From the NCBI GenBank assembly GCA_002104905.1, contig MCFE01000138.1, forward strand, positions 62,001-126,000: a DNA stretch of 64,000 nucleotides, read 5' to 3'. This DNA is from Basidiobolus meristosporus CBS 931.73. Lineage: Eukaryota; Fungi; Basidiobolomycota. A program made the translations under genes and the position numbers. This document shows positions 12,016 through 24,738 of this stretch, piece after piece. The notes below the pieces were generated by a model. The model saw only the letters and a list, made by a program, of their open reading frames with translations. It was not told where the DNA came from and ran no database searches. Every line of letters starts with the position of its first letter. Position 1 is the stretch's first letter.

Positions 12016-13716
12016 AGACTTGTTCCATTGTGCCATTGATCATAGTGCCAAAAAGTGCTGTATATTTTGTTATTAATTTGATATTTAGGGTCATATGCAT
12101 GTCAATTTTGATGCTAAATTGGCACTATATGGCACCATCTGGCACTCTGTAGCATGATCAGGCACCGTCTGGCTTGCTATGGCACTATTGGGCACCATGA
12201 TCAGCTGGAATGATGTAACAAGTCCACTAGCCACACAGGATTGTAGAGCAAGATAACTCCATCTGGTATGCAGGCCTCAAAAATCATTTTATGAATTCCA
12301 GCAATCTCTAAGAGCTTGCAAGTAAGATAGATTCATTTCAGAAATCTTTGGATTTGCAAAAAGGCACATCAGAGTATGGTATGTATTATGAGTATAATAG
12401 TTTCAGTCCAGTACTCTAGACCATGTACTTTAACTACCTCATCATAGCCTCAATTGAGAAGAAGACTCTTAGGATAACCAAATCACCCAATGAGCTTAGT
12501 TTGAAATGTCAAAATTAAATAACATAGTAGCTTTGTGGGAATACAGATTTGTATACATAGTTTTACCCATATTCCTACTTTGAGGAAGTCTAAGTGCATT
12601 CAAGATTTACTAACATAGTTGCAAATGAAATATTAAAACTGGTAGATACCTCAATGGAAGCCAGCCTTAGCTTGATCAAGGATCAAGAGGACCTGGTGTT
12701 TTTGAAGAGGTCAGACTATCTTTATCCTTATTTGAATGGCAGTTGCATATTTGTAAGACTAGTAATATGCTCAAATACTTCATATTCAGTTGGAGTAGAC
12801 AGTCAACATAATCAATGTTAGGGATATAAACAAATTACCACTGTTAAGCCAATTTTTAAATGCCTATAAAGAACAAGACCCCAGGTTAACAATAGTACCA
12901 CATATTAATAGATTTCAGGCTGACCAGAGTGAGGACTCTACCTAGACTCTAGGCTAACAAGTGCATTTTCTTGACCTTCACTACAGGTTAGCACAAGTAT
13001 TACCTCAATCTTGACTTCTGTTTACAGATTCTATTACCTCCACCTGGACTCCAAGCAAACAAGTGTATTACATCAGCCTGGAGTGCAGTTTATCCAATGT
13101 ATTACCATATCCTGGCATTCTGGCTGACAAGTGTATATTCTCAAGCAGAATTCCCACTAAACAAATTATTTTCTTCAACCTGAACTAGAAGTAAATAACC
13201 CTGCTCCAGAATTTGGTACAATCAATTAGGGATTCTATCACCTCCACCTGTACTCCAGGTCAAAGATTCTATTACATTCACCTGAACTCCAGGCTAACCA
13301 GAGGATAAGGTTAACCTGGACTGCATGTTAACAATAGTACAACTTTACCCAGGGTTGCAGGTATACAGGTGTACCACCTCAGCCTCAATTTTGGGTCAAC
13401 AAGATTTTCCCTTAAACCTGGAACCTTGCAAGCCTGTGAAGCTACATTCACAGTGCCATGGGTATTATGTACCAGATGCATATCTTCTGTCCTTCTGTGC
13501 TCTTACACATCATGCACAATGTTGATCCCAAAAAAAAGGTCAAAAAATGGATTTTCACCAGCACAGTGAATGAAACACAGGGGCTGCTTTACATGAAGAT
13601 GAAGAACTGTGTTTCACACTCTGCGGCCAAGTATAGGGCAACTTGGGCTCCCTGGCACACAGTGGCACTACTTGGCACTTGTGGCTCAATGTGGCACTTT
13701 CCAACAGAACAAGTCT
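12016..13716. mobile_element. Possible non-autonomous AGACTTGTTCC-TIR element, or two separate end fragments
   Basis: Forward TIR agacttgttccattg at 12016 with GTGCC/GGCAC subterminal motifs; reverse TIR gaacaagtct ending at 13716. Flanks ACT and AGT both fit ANT but differ from each other. Confidence 0.5.
12860..13430 (-). repeat. Degenerate satellite units in reverse orientation
   Basis: Recurrent cctggactccagg/aacaagtgtattac motifs are the reverse complement of the satellite unit found from 13800 onward. Confidence 0.7.
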
Positions 13717-15045
13717 AGTACTTACTCCAATATAACTTACTTGGCAAGGGTTTGACCACAATTTGGACACAATACTAGCCGCTATACTACCTTTGCTTTG
13801 ACCCAGAAGGCCAGGTATTAGTCATACACTTGTTGACTGGCAGTCCAGGTTTAGGTCATACATTTGTCAACCTGAAGTCCAGGTTTAGGTCATACATTTG
13901 TCAACCTGAAGTCCAGATTTAGGTCATACATTTGTCAACCTGAAGTCCAGATTCAGGTCATACACATGTGAGCCTGCAGTCCAGGTCTAGGTCCTACACT
14001 TGTTAACCTGGAGTCCAGGTGTAGGTCATACACTTGTCAAACTGGCATCCAGGTGTTAGTCATACACTTGTTGACTTGCAGTCCAGGCTTTGGTCATACA
14101 CTTGTCAACCTGAAGTCCAGGTTCAGGTCATACACTGGTGAGCCTGCAGTCCAGGTCTTGGTCCTACACTTGTTAACCTGGAGTCCAGGTGTTAGTCATA
14201 CACTTGTTGACTTGCAGTCCAGGCTTTGGTCATACACTTGTTAACCTAGAGTCCAGGTCTAGGTCATACACTTGTTAACCTGGAGTCCAGGTGTTAGTCA
14301 TAAGACTTGTTCCATTGTACTGTGCCAGGGCACATGGCGCAATCTGTGGTTGTAAAGAACAATTGGGCGCAATATTATAGCCACCAGAAGGCAGGATTGC
14401 TCTTGGACAATTTTGCACTATGCGGGACAATCTCGCACACTATGGCACAATCTGACACAATGAGGTTGGCACGGATGATTGCGCCCACTTGTAATGTTTG
14501 CATCACATGCGCAATTGGATACCGCTATAATGGCAGGTAAAATCTGGTATTTGGATATGTTTCTTTAATGTGAATGGAAATAAATGTGTATCACACTATA
14601 AACTACACTGATACTTACCATTTTGGTTACCCTCACTCCAATTGGACAGTATCTCAGTGGTTAATTGGTCCAAAAGTATCCTGAAGCTGGCAGCCCCCAA
14701 TTGGCTCATTGACTACTGAAAAAGCTACCTGATTTGCCATCAAATATCCCATTTTGCCCATTGAGCAAGTAAATCCCTGATCCTAGTGATTGGACAAGGT
14801 GTCATAGCTAGCACGCAAGCGATTGTGTAGGTGCAAAACAGATCCAATAGCTGCACTGGTATTACAGATGACGTATATATATGCAGGGTGTTTATTTATA
14901 GGGGTTCTGTCTCAAATGTGAGACAACCTTGATATTACTTATATCAAAAATTTGATGATCACTGATTTGCGATGGCTTGATTTGGATTGCAAAAAAAAAG
15001 GGTTGTTGGGATCATTACAAATGTAAGCAATTCAAAGCAATTGCA

Positions 15046-16183
15046 TCATCTTCTCCTGGGTTTTTTTCTCACAGGGATTACTACTGAAGCATTTGGTAGT
15101 GACTCACTTTGCACACCTATACTACTTCCTGGCTGACTATCATCTTGGCTACTTGTGTATTTGTAGGCAGTATTTTGCCTCCTAGTTGATGAGTGCAATG
15201 CTGCAGCTTGGTTGTGCTGAATTGCTCCAACTGAACCAACTGAATCGGCCTATAGTGCCACACGCTGATGCGTTCTTTTACTTACCAAGGGCTCTGGTGG
15301 TTGAGGCACTGCATGTTGGTCATCATCAGTCAGTTCACCAGAAGTAAGTCGCTGATGGTCAGGCAAAACGGCACGCACAGGCACACCTTGACGCGTTGAG
15401 ATGGCCCTTGGCTGAGTTTGATGTGATGCCGCATGTTGACGCGACTTGGTCCGCTCCAATGGACTTGTGTCTAATGAGCAGTTTGGCAAGTTCTTGTAGT
15501 TTTGCTCTGAAGCGCGTGCATTGACTTGACACAGGGCGTTCTGGTAAAGGGTGTTGGCGTGGTCTGGACTGACGTGCACCGGCGTGCTGTGGTTGTAAGA
15601 GATGGTAGGGAATCCAGCAAGGCGTGCTGGCGCAATCTGGACAATGTTGCTTGCGGTCTGTATTCTTTCTCCTGAAGCTCACCATTTGATTCCTCAAGGT
15701 ATTCACTTACCCTCTGTCTGATACTTTGGAGCTGCTGCCTGGATGACTCCTGTGTATATTGCTCTTGGAAGCCACTTAGCTCTACTAATATATCACATAG
15801 TACATTAGTCATTTGAGGCAAAAACTCATTCAAAATCTCTTTGGTTCCCAAAGTTGAGGCACAAACGGACGTGTCCGGCCTGTACTGTGCAAATTGCACG
15901 CAAAATTGTTCCCGCACGGCTTCTTTGTTAAATCCCCTCACTCTCAGCTCATTCTTGATTTCAATACTTGTCTTGTTATATATCTTTTTACATACATAGG
16001 CTGGTATCTTGATGTAGAACTCATGCCACAGCTTTCTACTCAAATTCTTCCATCTTTGTCAACTTTTGAGGTATCTAGTTCTGCTAGATTAATCAGTAGT
16101 GCCCAAATATCTGTATGAAGGCTCATCATAGACACTTGGGCCATACTAAAATCATTTGGCAAGAACTCAAACGGATCCAACAT
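15046..16183 (-). pseudogene. Myb/SANT-like accessory ORF of PHIS copy 1
   Basis: Homolog of 26075-27229. Two 1-bp deletions (~16050 and ~15470) and a CAG to TAG stop at 15250 split it into the ORFs 16040-16276, 15471-16043 and 15250-15579. Confidence 0.8.
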
Positions 16184-16635
16184 TGACTTCTCCGGTCCGG
16201 ACCACGCCTGTGAGCTGGGGGATGGGTTTTGTCTGGGTTGTACTAAAGATGAGTTGAGGCTTGGTATGGGGACCATAGCAACAGATTTGGATACCTATAC
16301 GGCAGTATATTGGCATCAACCTGGTCTTATATGAAGTATATATGAAAACTAATGTGATTGTTGAATTCTCCATATATTATGCATGATGCATCTTGGATCA
16401 CGTTGACACGGATCAGATCACATCAATTGCAGATTTCTGATTTGATTATAGACCTATGATAAAAGCATCAATAAAAGTACCAAGGCATTGTTTGCGGATG
16501 ATTTTTGCAACATAATGATGGGATACATGGCAATTGATGGAGATTTAACCATAATGTATTAAAAATCAGATAAATAACACAGATCATGCCAAATCAATTC
16601 TAACCACCTCCATACAATCATCCATCAATTTTAAT

Positions 16636-17520
16636 ATGACTTACTCATCTGAATGGTCTTTTCTCATCAATCCCATCACTACCACTGGATTTCCTTTTGA
16701 CACACTGGAGGAGATCTATTCCAAGTACTGTGGACCATCAACCCCAATCTACTCAAGGAGATCCCTTGTTAAGCTTCCCTGCTATTACAAGAACTATTGC
16801 CCTACAAGGTTTCATCCCACCGTCCATGGCAACAAAAGTCCTAGAAGCTTTCATTCCCAGCTGACAGCAATGGAGAACCACCTTGCAGAGGGTATGAATG
16901 ACTTGGAGCAAGCTTGGAATACTAGGTTCAGTAGCTCCAATAGACTTCCATATCCCAGGGTGTTCAGCAACAGGTTCCATATCAGGAGTATTTTGGATAC
17001 CTTCCCAGTGAGGATTGGCAGACCTTCTAGAGGGTAGAGGCACTTTTATTCTGGCAAGTACAAGGCACACTGTGTGAAGTTTCAAGCACTGTCTGACATT
17101 GAGGGTAACATCATCTGGTTTAGTGGGCCATTTGCTGGAAGTAGGCATGACAAAGCACTCTGGGTAGAGAATCATCCTGAATTCAGTAGAGGGGAGAAAT
17201 GTATGGCAGACTTAGCCTATATAGGAGAGGATTGTCAGAGATTAGGATGTATTACAGCTTATAGGAAGCCAAGGAATGGTGTGCTTAGCAGGAAGCAGAA
17301 GCTCTACAATGAGATATTTAATCATTTCAGAGTAAGGGTAGAGCACACATTTGGATATCTGAAGAGATTCAGCATATTGGCAGGTAAATACAGAGGAAAG
17401 TCATATATAGGAGAAAACAGCAGAATAGGTAAAATAATTAAAATACTCATTAATGCACAGTTTGTTCATACAAGAAGACATCCACTGAGAGAAATGTGTC
17501 TGGAGCATTATGAAGAGTAA
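16636..17520 (+). pseudogene. DDE_Tnp_4-type transposase of copy 1 with one premature stop
   Basis: Same 885-bp length as 24739-25623; CAG to TAG at 17035-17037. Confidence 0.93.
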
Positions 17521-18858
17521 ATAAAGCAAGGAAAGCACTATTCTGAGCAACATAAGTAAGATTGAGTAAAATTACCAGTAACTGTATCATACCACTGGCA
17601 TCATGGTAGAAATTATAGTGCCAGATAATGCTGTAGAGTGCCAGATTGATCCGGCACCATAAACAGGCTGGCACTAAGTGGCACTATCCAACAGAACAAG
17701 TCTACAAACTTGTTGACCTGTAGTCCAGGTGTTATTCATACACTTGTTGACCTGGAGTCCAGGTGTTAGGCATACACTTGTCAGCCTGAAGTCCAGGTTC
17801 AGGTCATACACTTGTGAGCCTGCAGTCCAGGTCTAGGTCATACACTTGTTAACCTAGAGTCCAGGTGTAGTTCATACACTTGTTGACCTGGAGTCCAGGT
17901 GTTAGTCATACACTTGTTAACCTGGAGTCCAGGTATTAGTCATACACTTGTTAACCTGGAGTCCAGGTGTTATTCATACACTTGTTGACCTGGAGTCCAG
18001 GTGTTAGTCATATACTTGTTGACCTGGAGTCCAGGTGTTAGTCATACACTTGTTGACCTGGAGTCCAGGTGTTATTCATACACTTGTTGACCTGGAGTCC
18101 AGGTGTTAGTCATACACTTGTTGACTTGCAGTCCAGGCTTTGGTCATACACTTGTTAACCTGAAGTCCAGGTTCAGGTCATACGCTTGTGAGCCTGCAGT
18201 CCAGGTGTAGGTCATACACTTGTTGACCTGCAGTCAAGGTTTAGGTCATACACTTGTTCACCTGGAGTCCAGGTGTAGGTTATACACATGTTATCCTGGA
18301 GTCCAGGTGTAGGTCATAAACTTGTCAACCTGGAGTCTAGGTTTTGGTTATATAGTTGTTAACCTGTAGTCCATGCTCAGGTCATACACTTGTGAGCCTG
18401 CAGTCCAGGTGTAGGTCATACACCTGTAGATCTGGAGTCCAGGTGTAAGTTATACGCATGTTATCCTGGAGCTGAGGTGTAGGTCATACACTTTTTGGCC
18501 TGGAGTTGAGGTGTAGGTCATACACTTGTTGGCCTGGAGTCCAGGTTTTGGTTATACAGTTGTAAGCCTGGAGTCCAGGTTCAGGTAATATACTTGCTAA
18601 CCTGGAGTCTGGGTTTAGGTAATACACTTGCTAACCTATGCACAAGTTATCCTGGAGTTGAGGTGTTGGTCATACAGTTGTTAACCTGGAGTCCAGGTTC
18701 AGGTCATACACTTGTGAGCCTGGAGTGTTATATTACATTGTACACTTATTAATTTGGAGTCCAGGGTTGGGTAAAATACTTGTTATTGTGGTATTTAGGT
18801 TGATGCAAACCACATGTTTTCCCGGTGTAGTGGGGTTACAGTGACACCCACTGACAGA

Positions 18859-19765
18859 TGTGATAATTCCTATATTTTCTACTTCTCTATTTCTCTACCA
18901 CCCTTATTTTAGTTTGATCCCATTTGTCTAACTTGATCAGTACTATCCCATAAGCCAGCCAACTATCACAGCTGCTTACCTTATTGCATAGGTTAACCCC
19001 CACTTTATGTAAGATTACTAGCTATAAGTGCTTCTATATTAGGCAAGTACCCACACCAGTACCCATAACACATGATCAATCCGTGTTACCATCCCTACTA
19101 CTTTCATACCATATATGGTATCCCTATGTTACACAGGTTTCATAATACTGATTCCTGATTGGTTTGATGTGCTGTGCCTCTTGGAACCTTCCAGCACATA
19201 CTTGAAACATTCTAAGCTCATTCTGATGTCATTAAGATTTCTATTGATATCCAGAACCTTCTGGAACACCATGATTAGTAATCACTTAGACAGTGAGAAA
19301 AGTATATAAGGGAGGCTATCCCTCAACAATAGATCATCATCCCTTTTATCAATATACCAACTTGTTGATTAGTGTGATCACTGCTACCTGCTGCTACCTG
19401 AATTTCCAACCCCAGACCACAGAACACTTCCAGGAAGCCGCGCTGACAGCCAACTGACCTTGGAGGCACTACTTGTGAGGAATACTCATATTAGGTATCT
19501 TTTATTATATTTGATTTTTTTCCTAAGTTTGTTCTTGTACAGGCAAAGACACTTTTCTGTCTTTGTAACTATTGACCACAGCTGCATTCTTATCAAGTCC
19601 CTGCTGGTGGAGTTTACAGTTGTTTTGACTTTGGAAGCCTTAATACATTGTCATGTCAAAGGACACTGAACCCAGCACATACTTTTGTTAAGACACCAAC
19701 TAAGTTGGGGATTGTAGCTCAATAGTTTTTCCTTGACAAGCTTTGTGGCTTTATTCCCCATGACA
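18859..19765. mobile_element. Non-satellite insertion in the satellite, possibly a solo LTR
   Basis: About 0.9 kb of unrelated non-coding sequence with TGTGA...TGACA ends and an internal TATATAA; TSD not convincing. Confidence 0.3.
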
Positions 19766-19899
19766 TTAGATTAGAGACGGAACCCAAGTATTCCTAGCAA
19801 GCTTTTGCCAGAGGTTATTGCTCCCAGTGAATACCCCACACACAAAACACTTGAGAAGTGTTGGGTGTATTTCTCCCCTTGGACATATACACCACCACC

Positions 19900-22800
19900 A
19901 CACTGGTATTCAGGTTGATGCAAAACACTTGTTAGCCTGGATATCAGGTTGAGGCAAAAAATGTGTCAACCTAGATTTCAGGTTGAGGCAAAATATATGT
20001 CAGCCTAGATCTAAGGTGGAGGTAGTACACTTGTTAACCTGGAGTACAGGCCTAACTAATACACTAGCTTACGTGAAGCCCAAGCTTTAGAGATACACTT
20101 GCAGACCTGCAGCTCATGCTTGGGCTATACATTAGTTAATCTGGGGCTCATATTTTGGTGTTTACCATGTTAGCCTGGAACCCAGGTTTTGGTGATACAC
20201 TTGGTAATCTGGAGTCCAGGTGCAGGTCAAACACTTGTTGACCTGGAGTCCAGGTCTAGGTCATACACTTGTTGACCTGAAGTCCAGGTGTTGGTCATAC
20301 ATTTGGTAACCTGGAGTCCAGGTTTAGGTAATATACTTGCTAACCTGGACTCTGGGTTTAGGTAATACACTTGCTAACCTGGAGTCCAGGTTTATTTAAT
20401 AAAGACTTGTTGTCATGCTGTCCTGGATTTGGTGATAGACTCAAACTCCTTAGCCTGCAGTGCAGATCAAGTTGATAGACTTGCACTTGTTAACCTGGAG
20501 TTCCAAGTGAGATGATTAGGTTGGACTTGTTGACCTGCAGTCTAGGTTTAGGTATTTTAATTGGACTGTTGTGGCCATGCAGTCCTGGTTTAGGTGATAA
20601 GCTCAGACCTGTCAATCTGGAGCTCAGGTTGAGGTAATAGACTTAAGTGTGTCAATCTGGAGTCTGGGTGGAGGTGATAAACTTTGTCTTATTAATCTGC
20701 AGCCCAGGTTTAGGTGATTGACTGGGGCTTGCTGACCAGCAGCCAGACTTAGTTGATAGGCTTGGAACTGTAAGTCTGGAGTCCAGGTTGAGGTGATAGA
20801 CTTAAACTTGTCAACCTGGAGTCTGCATGGAGGAGATAAACTTTGGCTTGTTAACCTGGAGTCCAGGTCTAGGTAATTGACTTGTGCCTGTTGACCTACA
20901 GTGCAGCTTTAGGTAGTTGACTTGTACTGTTATTGTCCTGCAGTCCAGGCTTAGGTGATGGACTCAAGCCTGTTAGCCTGCAGTGCAGGTAGAGTTGATA
21001 GACTTTGACAGGCTAACCTGGAGTCCAGGCTGAGGTGATTTACTTGTACTTATTGACCTGCAGTCTAGGTTTATGTAATAGGCTTGGGCTGTTAATATTG
21101 TGCAATTCAAGTTGTGGTAAAAAACTTTGACTTGTTGACCCATAGTCCAGGTTGAGGTAATAAGGCTCAAACATGTCAACCTGGAGTCCAGGTGCAGGTG
21201 ATAAACTTTGGCTTGTTGGCCTGGTGTCCAGGTTTAGGTCATTGACTGGGACTTGTTGACCTGCAGTCCAGGTTTTGGTGATAGACTCAAACTCTTAGCC
21301 TGCAGTGCAGGTTGAGTTGATAGACTTACACATGCTAGCCTGGAGTCCAGGGTGAGGTGATTAACTTGGACTTTTTGACCTGTAGTCCAGGCTTAGGTAA
21401 TAGACATAGATTTGTTGAGCTGCAGTCCTGGTTTAGGTGATAGACTCAGATGGTTAACCTGGAGTCCAGGCTTGGTAATAGACTCAGATTTGTTATACTA
21501 GAGTGCAGGTGTGGTGATAGACTTAGACTTAGTGACCCATAGTAAAGAATTAGTTAATAGACTTGGGCTCTTTGACCGGCAGTCCAGGTTTAAGCATCAG
21601 ATATGGTACTGAATTCAAGAGAAATATGTAATAAAACTCTTCCATGGTTTGACTGAACCAAAGGGACAATTAAGTGCAGAATCTTTGAATTGTCAGAGAG
21701 TGGTGGAAGTATTAGCAGAAAGATTCTGGTCTAATATTGGTCTTGGATATAACTGGGTTGGCTGTAAAGGCAATGAAGTTGGTTTACTAGGCAGGCTAGG
21801 TTTAGTGTTCTTGGGAGTGCTGGATATGCTAGGCTGGGATAGAAATTAGAATAGGATTATTGAATTCTTATTTTTCCTGAGACACAATCTAAAGTTCTGT
21901 TGAGAGGCACACTAAACCAGAAGGTTCTGTAAACTTTATTTATACTTTTCTGATCAAGTTGAATTAGTAAGCACCAAGAGACTGGACTAATTGGAATTTG
22001 TTTGGACACTGATAGGCACAAAAGATACAGGAAAATTGCATCATTGGCATCTGATATCTTGGCAATTGCTAAGTAGTTGATAGAGCTCAGGTTTGCAAAG
22101 GCTTAGTTGATCAGCAGAGGATGTAATAACCACATGGAACTGGATCAGGTGTGACAGCTAAAAGTGGGTTCTGAGAAGTGATAAGATAAACCAAAACAGG
22201 GATTAGTTATGTTTGGGTTAGAGAAAATCTGTTAGATACTAGATTTTCTGATAGAGTAAAATTGGCTAAGTTTTAAATGTCAATGCACATCATATAAACT
22301 TCTCAACCTGGAGTCCAAGCTTATGTGATAGATTTAGATGTGCTAACCTGGAGCTCAGGTCAAGGTATTAAACTTAGACTTGTTAGCACAGAGTCCTGAT
22401 TTAAGTAATAGACTAGACTTGTTGACCTGCAGTCAATGTTGAGGCATCAAACTTAGACTTGTCAATATGGAGCTTAGACCTAAATAGTAGCCTTAGACTT
22501 GTTATGCTGGAGTCCAGGTTTAAGTGATAGGCTTAGACATGTTTGCCTGGAGTCCAGCTTGAAGAAGGACACTTTTTTGCCTGGTGGACAGGTGGAGGTA
22601 TTGTATATACTCTTGTTAACCAGGGGCTTAGGTACAAGTTTAACTCTTGTGGACCTGGAGCCCAAATTGTGTAATACTTTTGTTAACATTGGGTCCAAGT
22701 GTAGCTAATACCCCTGTAAGCCTGGGGCCCTGGTCATGGCATTTTACTTGCTGACAGAATTATGCCATGGTAAAACTCTGGAAACCTGGGGCTCACATTT

Positions 22801-23250
22801 TGGAAATACACATATAGACTGGTGGTCCATGCAGTAACAGAACTTTTTTAAATCTGGTATTCAGGCTGAAGCAGTCTGCATGTTAAACTGTGGTCAATGC
22901 TGTGGCTATAGTCTTGTTAACTTGGAGTCCAGGCTAGGGTAATATAAATGTTAACTTTTGGTCTGCTCCTGTTCACTGGGAATTATGGTTGAAGTAGTAT
23001 TTTAGCTCTACTTAGGCCCTAGTGTTTCCAGTATTCTGTGTAACCTAGAAACAGGTTTAATTGTTACTCCTGTTAGCCTAAGGCCCAGGTTGAGGTAATA
23101 CTCTTGTAATGTTGCTGTCAAGGCAGAGATAACACTCTTATCAACCTGGGGTCCAGTTTGGGGGAGTGTAGTAATACTCCTGTAAGCTTAGAGCACAGGT
23201 TGAGGTAACATACCAGCCAATCTGAAGTCACTGTTGACTTATTGCTCATG
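19900..23250 (+). repeat. Satellite continuation: degenerate 34-bp units, a 40-bp unit block (~20400-22560), then a degenerate tail
   Basis: Core starts at 20775, 20815, 20855 and 20895 (period 40), consensus cctggagtccaggttgaggtgatagacttaaacttgt(t/c)aa; interrupted by the solo LTR at 21607-22292. Confidence 0.9.
21607..22292 (+). mobile_element. Solo LTR of the ~695-bp family, older copy
   Basis: Aligns along its length with 51861-52556; flanks TATGG/TATAA form a degenerate 5-bp TSD. Confidence 0.85.
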
Positions 23251-24738
23251 TTAATTCAGAGTCCTGGTTTAGACAGTATTCTTATATCACTGAATATAAG
23301 CTTACTGAGTAAGAAATATGGAGGCGGATATGGCAATGTTGAAAGCCATTAGTATAAGCTGCTCATGAGATTTAACAAAAATCTTTGTTGTAGCTGTTAA
23401 TCAAAACAATCCCCAATATTTTTGATTGGCTCTCTGCCATTGCTTACACCTTCTGATCCAGAACATTCCATCATCTCCTACACTTTGATAAATTGATTAG
23501 CTACTGCCTCTTCTTTACACTCCTTACTTTCTAACTTAACTAGTGTGCTTACTTCTCCTGCATATAAATTGCTTTAATTCCTTTGAAACTCCAGTTGTCA
23601 CTCAATAGGTTATTGCACTGACCCAATAACATCTCAATGCCAAATACCAGCATTAAGCCCAATCTCACATTAAGTGAGTAGCTCTGTTAAAACTCAACAT
23701 TCAGTAGTTGTCTCTGCAATGACCCACATTGCCCTAGATTTTAGTGAGGACACTACAGCTTTATCCCTTCAATTGCTCCTTGTTTGCATACTCCCAAGTT
23801 GTTGCCACAACTGCAAGGTCTTGACCCTCACCTGTCATTTATTGCACTAAATCCTTGTAGTATTCAGGTGCATTGTCTTCCACACTGCTCTCAAAGAAGT
23901 ACTTCAGCCTCTTGGTGTGGCGGTTATTACTCCACTGCATTGTAGATCAGCTGGCTACTCATTGTTTACAGGCACTCTTTTGTTAACCTGGCATTTCTTT
24001 ACTACTGTTTCTGAGCTCTCATCCCTGCTCATAATAGGCTCTTGAGGCTACAGGCATTTAACTCTGGCACTCTTGCTCTTCCATATTGGATAGCTTTGAC
24101 TATTCTTAAAATACATTCTTAGTCTACCAATGATGGCCCAAGATCTGTATACTTGTTTGACTCCAGGATAATGATCATAGTATAGGTCAAGCACATTCAG
24201 CTTGGCCTTGAGTTCCTGATGGTACCATGGTGTGCCAGTCTTTTGATGATGGCATGCCAAACTCCTGGTGGCCTCTTGAATTCTTGCCCACACTTGTTCA
24301 TTGTACTCTGTAGCCTTACGCGTCTTAAATTATTTTTGCTTTTTAAGCTTTGTGAATACTGGGGCTTCATACTTCAATGCTGTCATAGACTTCACCGTGA
24401 GCTTTATTTTTTGTCACTGTAGTTATGCTTCAAGAAATGTGCTGTACTCCTCTGCTGTTGCATTGGAAAATTGCTCAATTGTGGTCCGCAACAATGGGCA
24501 ACTTAAGTTCTTTCTCTGCAAAAAGATGCAGCTTGCTTTACCTGAGGAACATATTAGACTTGCTCCGTTGGATAGTGCCACATAGTGCCAGCCAGTTTAT
24601 AGTGCTGGATTGATCTGGCACTCTACGGCACTATCTGGCACTATAATTTCTACCATGATGCCAGTGGTATGATACAGTTACTGGTAATTTTACTCAATCT
24701 TACTTATGTTGCTCAGAATAGTGCTTTCCTTGCTTTAT

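Larger units (their letters stand above)
14303..17703 (+). mobile_element. PHIS-superfamily (PIF/Harbinger-like, Pangu-type) DNA transposon, copy 1, decayed
   Basis: TIRs AGACTTGTTC; flanks ATA/ACA (3-bp TSD, one mismatch); divergent transposase and Myb/SANT-like ORFs; inverted full-length paralog of 24556-27971. Confidence 0.9.
13800..18790 (+). repeat. 34-bp satellite array, interrupted by the transposon at 14303-17703
   Basis: Consensus cctggagtccaggtgttagtcatacacttgtt(a/g)a; unit starts at 17887 and 17921 give period 34. The array continues on both sides of the insertion. Confidence 0.95.

Noticed and set aside
13800-23250. CRISPR array (30-40 bp periodicity with a palindromic repeat)
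   Set aside because: The sequence between palindromes is homologous from unit to unit rather than unique spacers; no cas genes; eukaryotic TE context.
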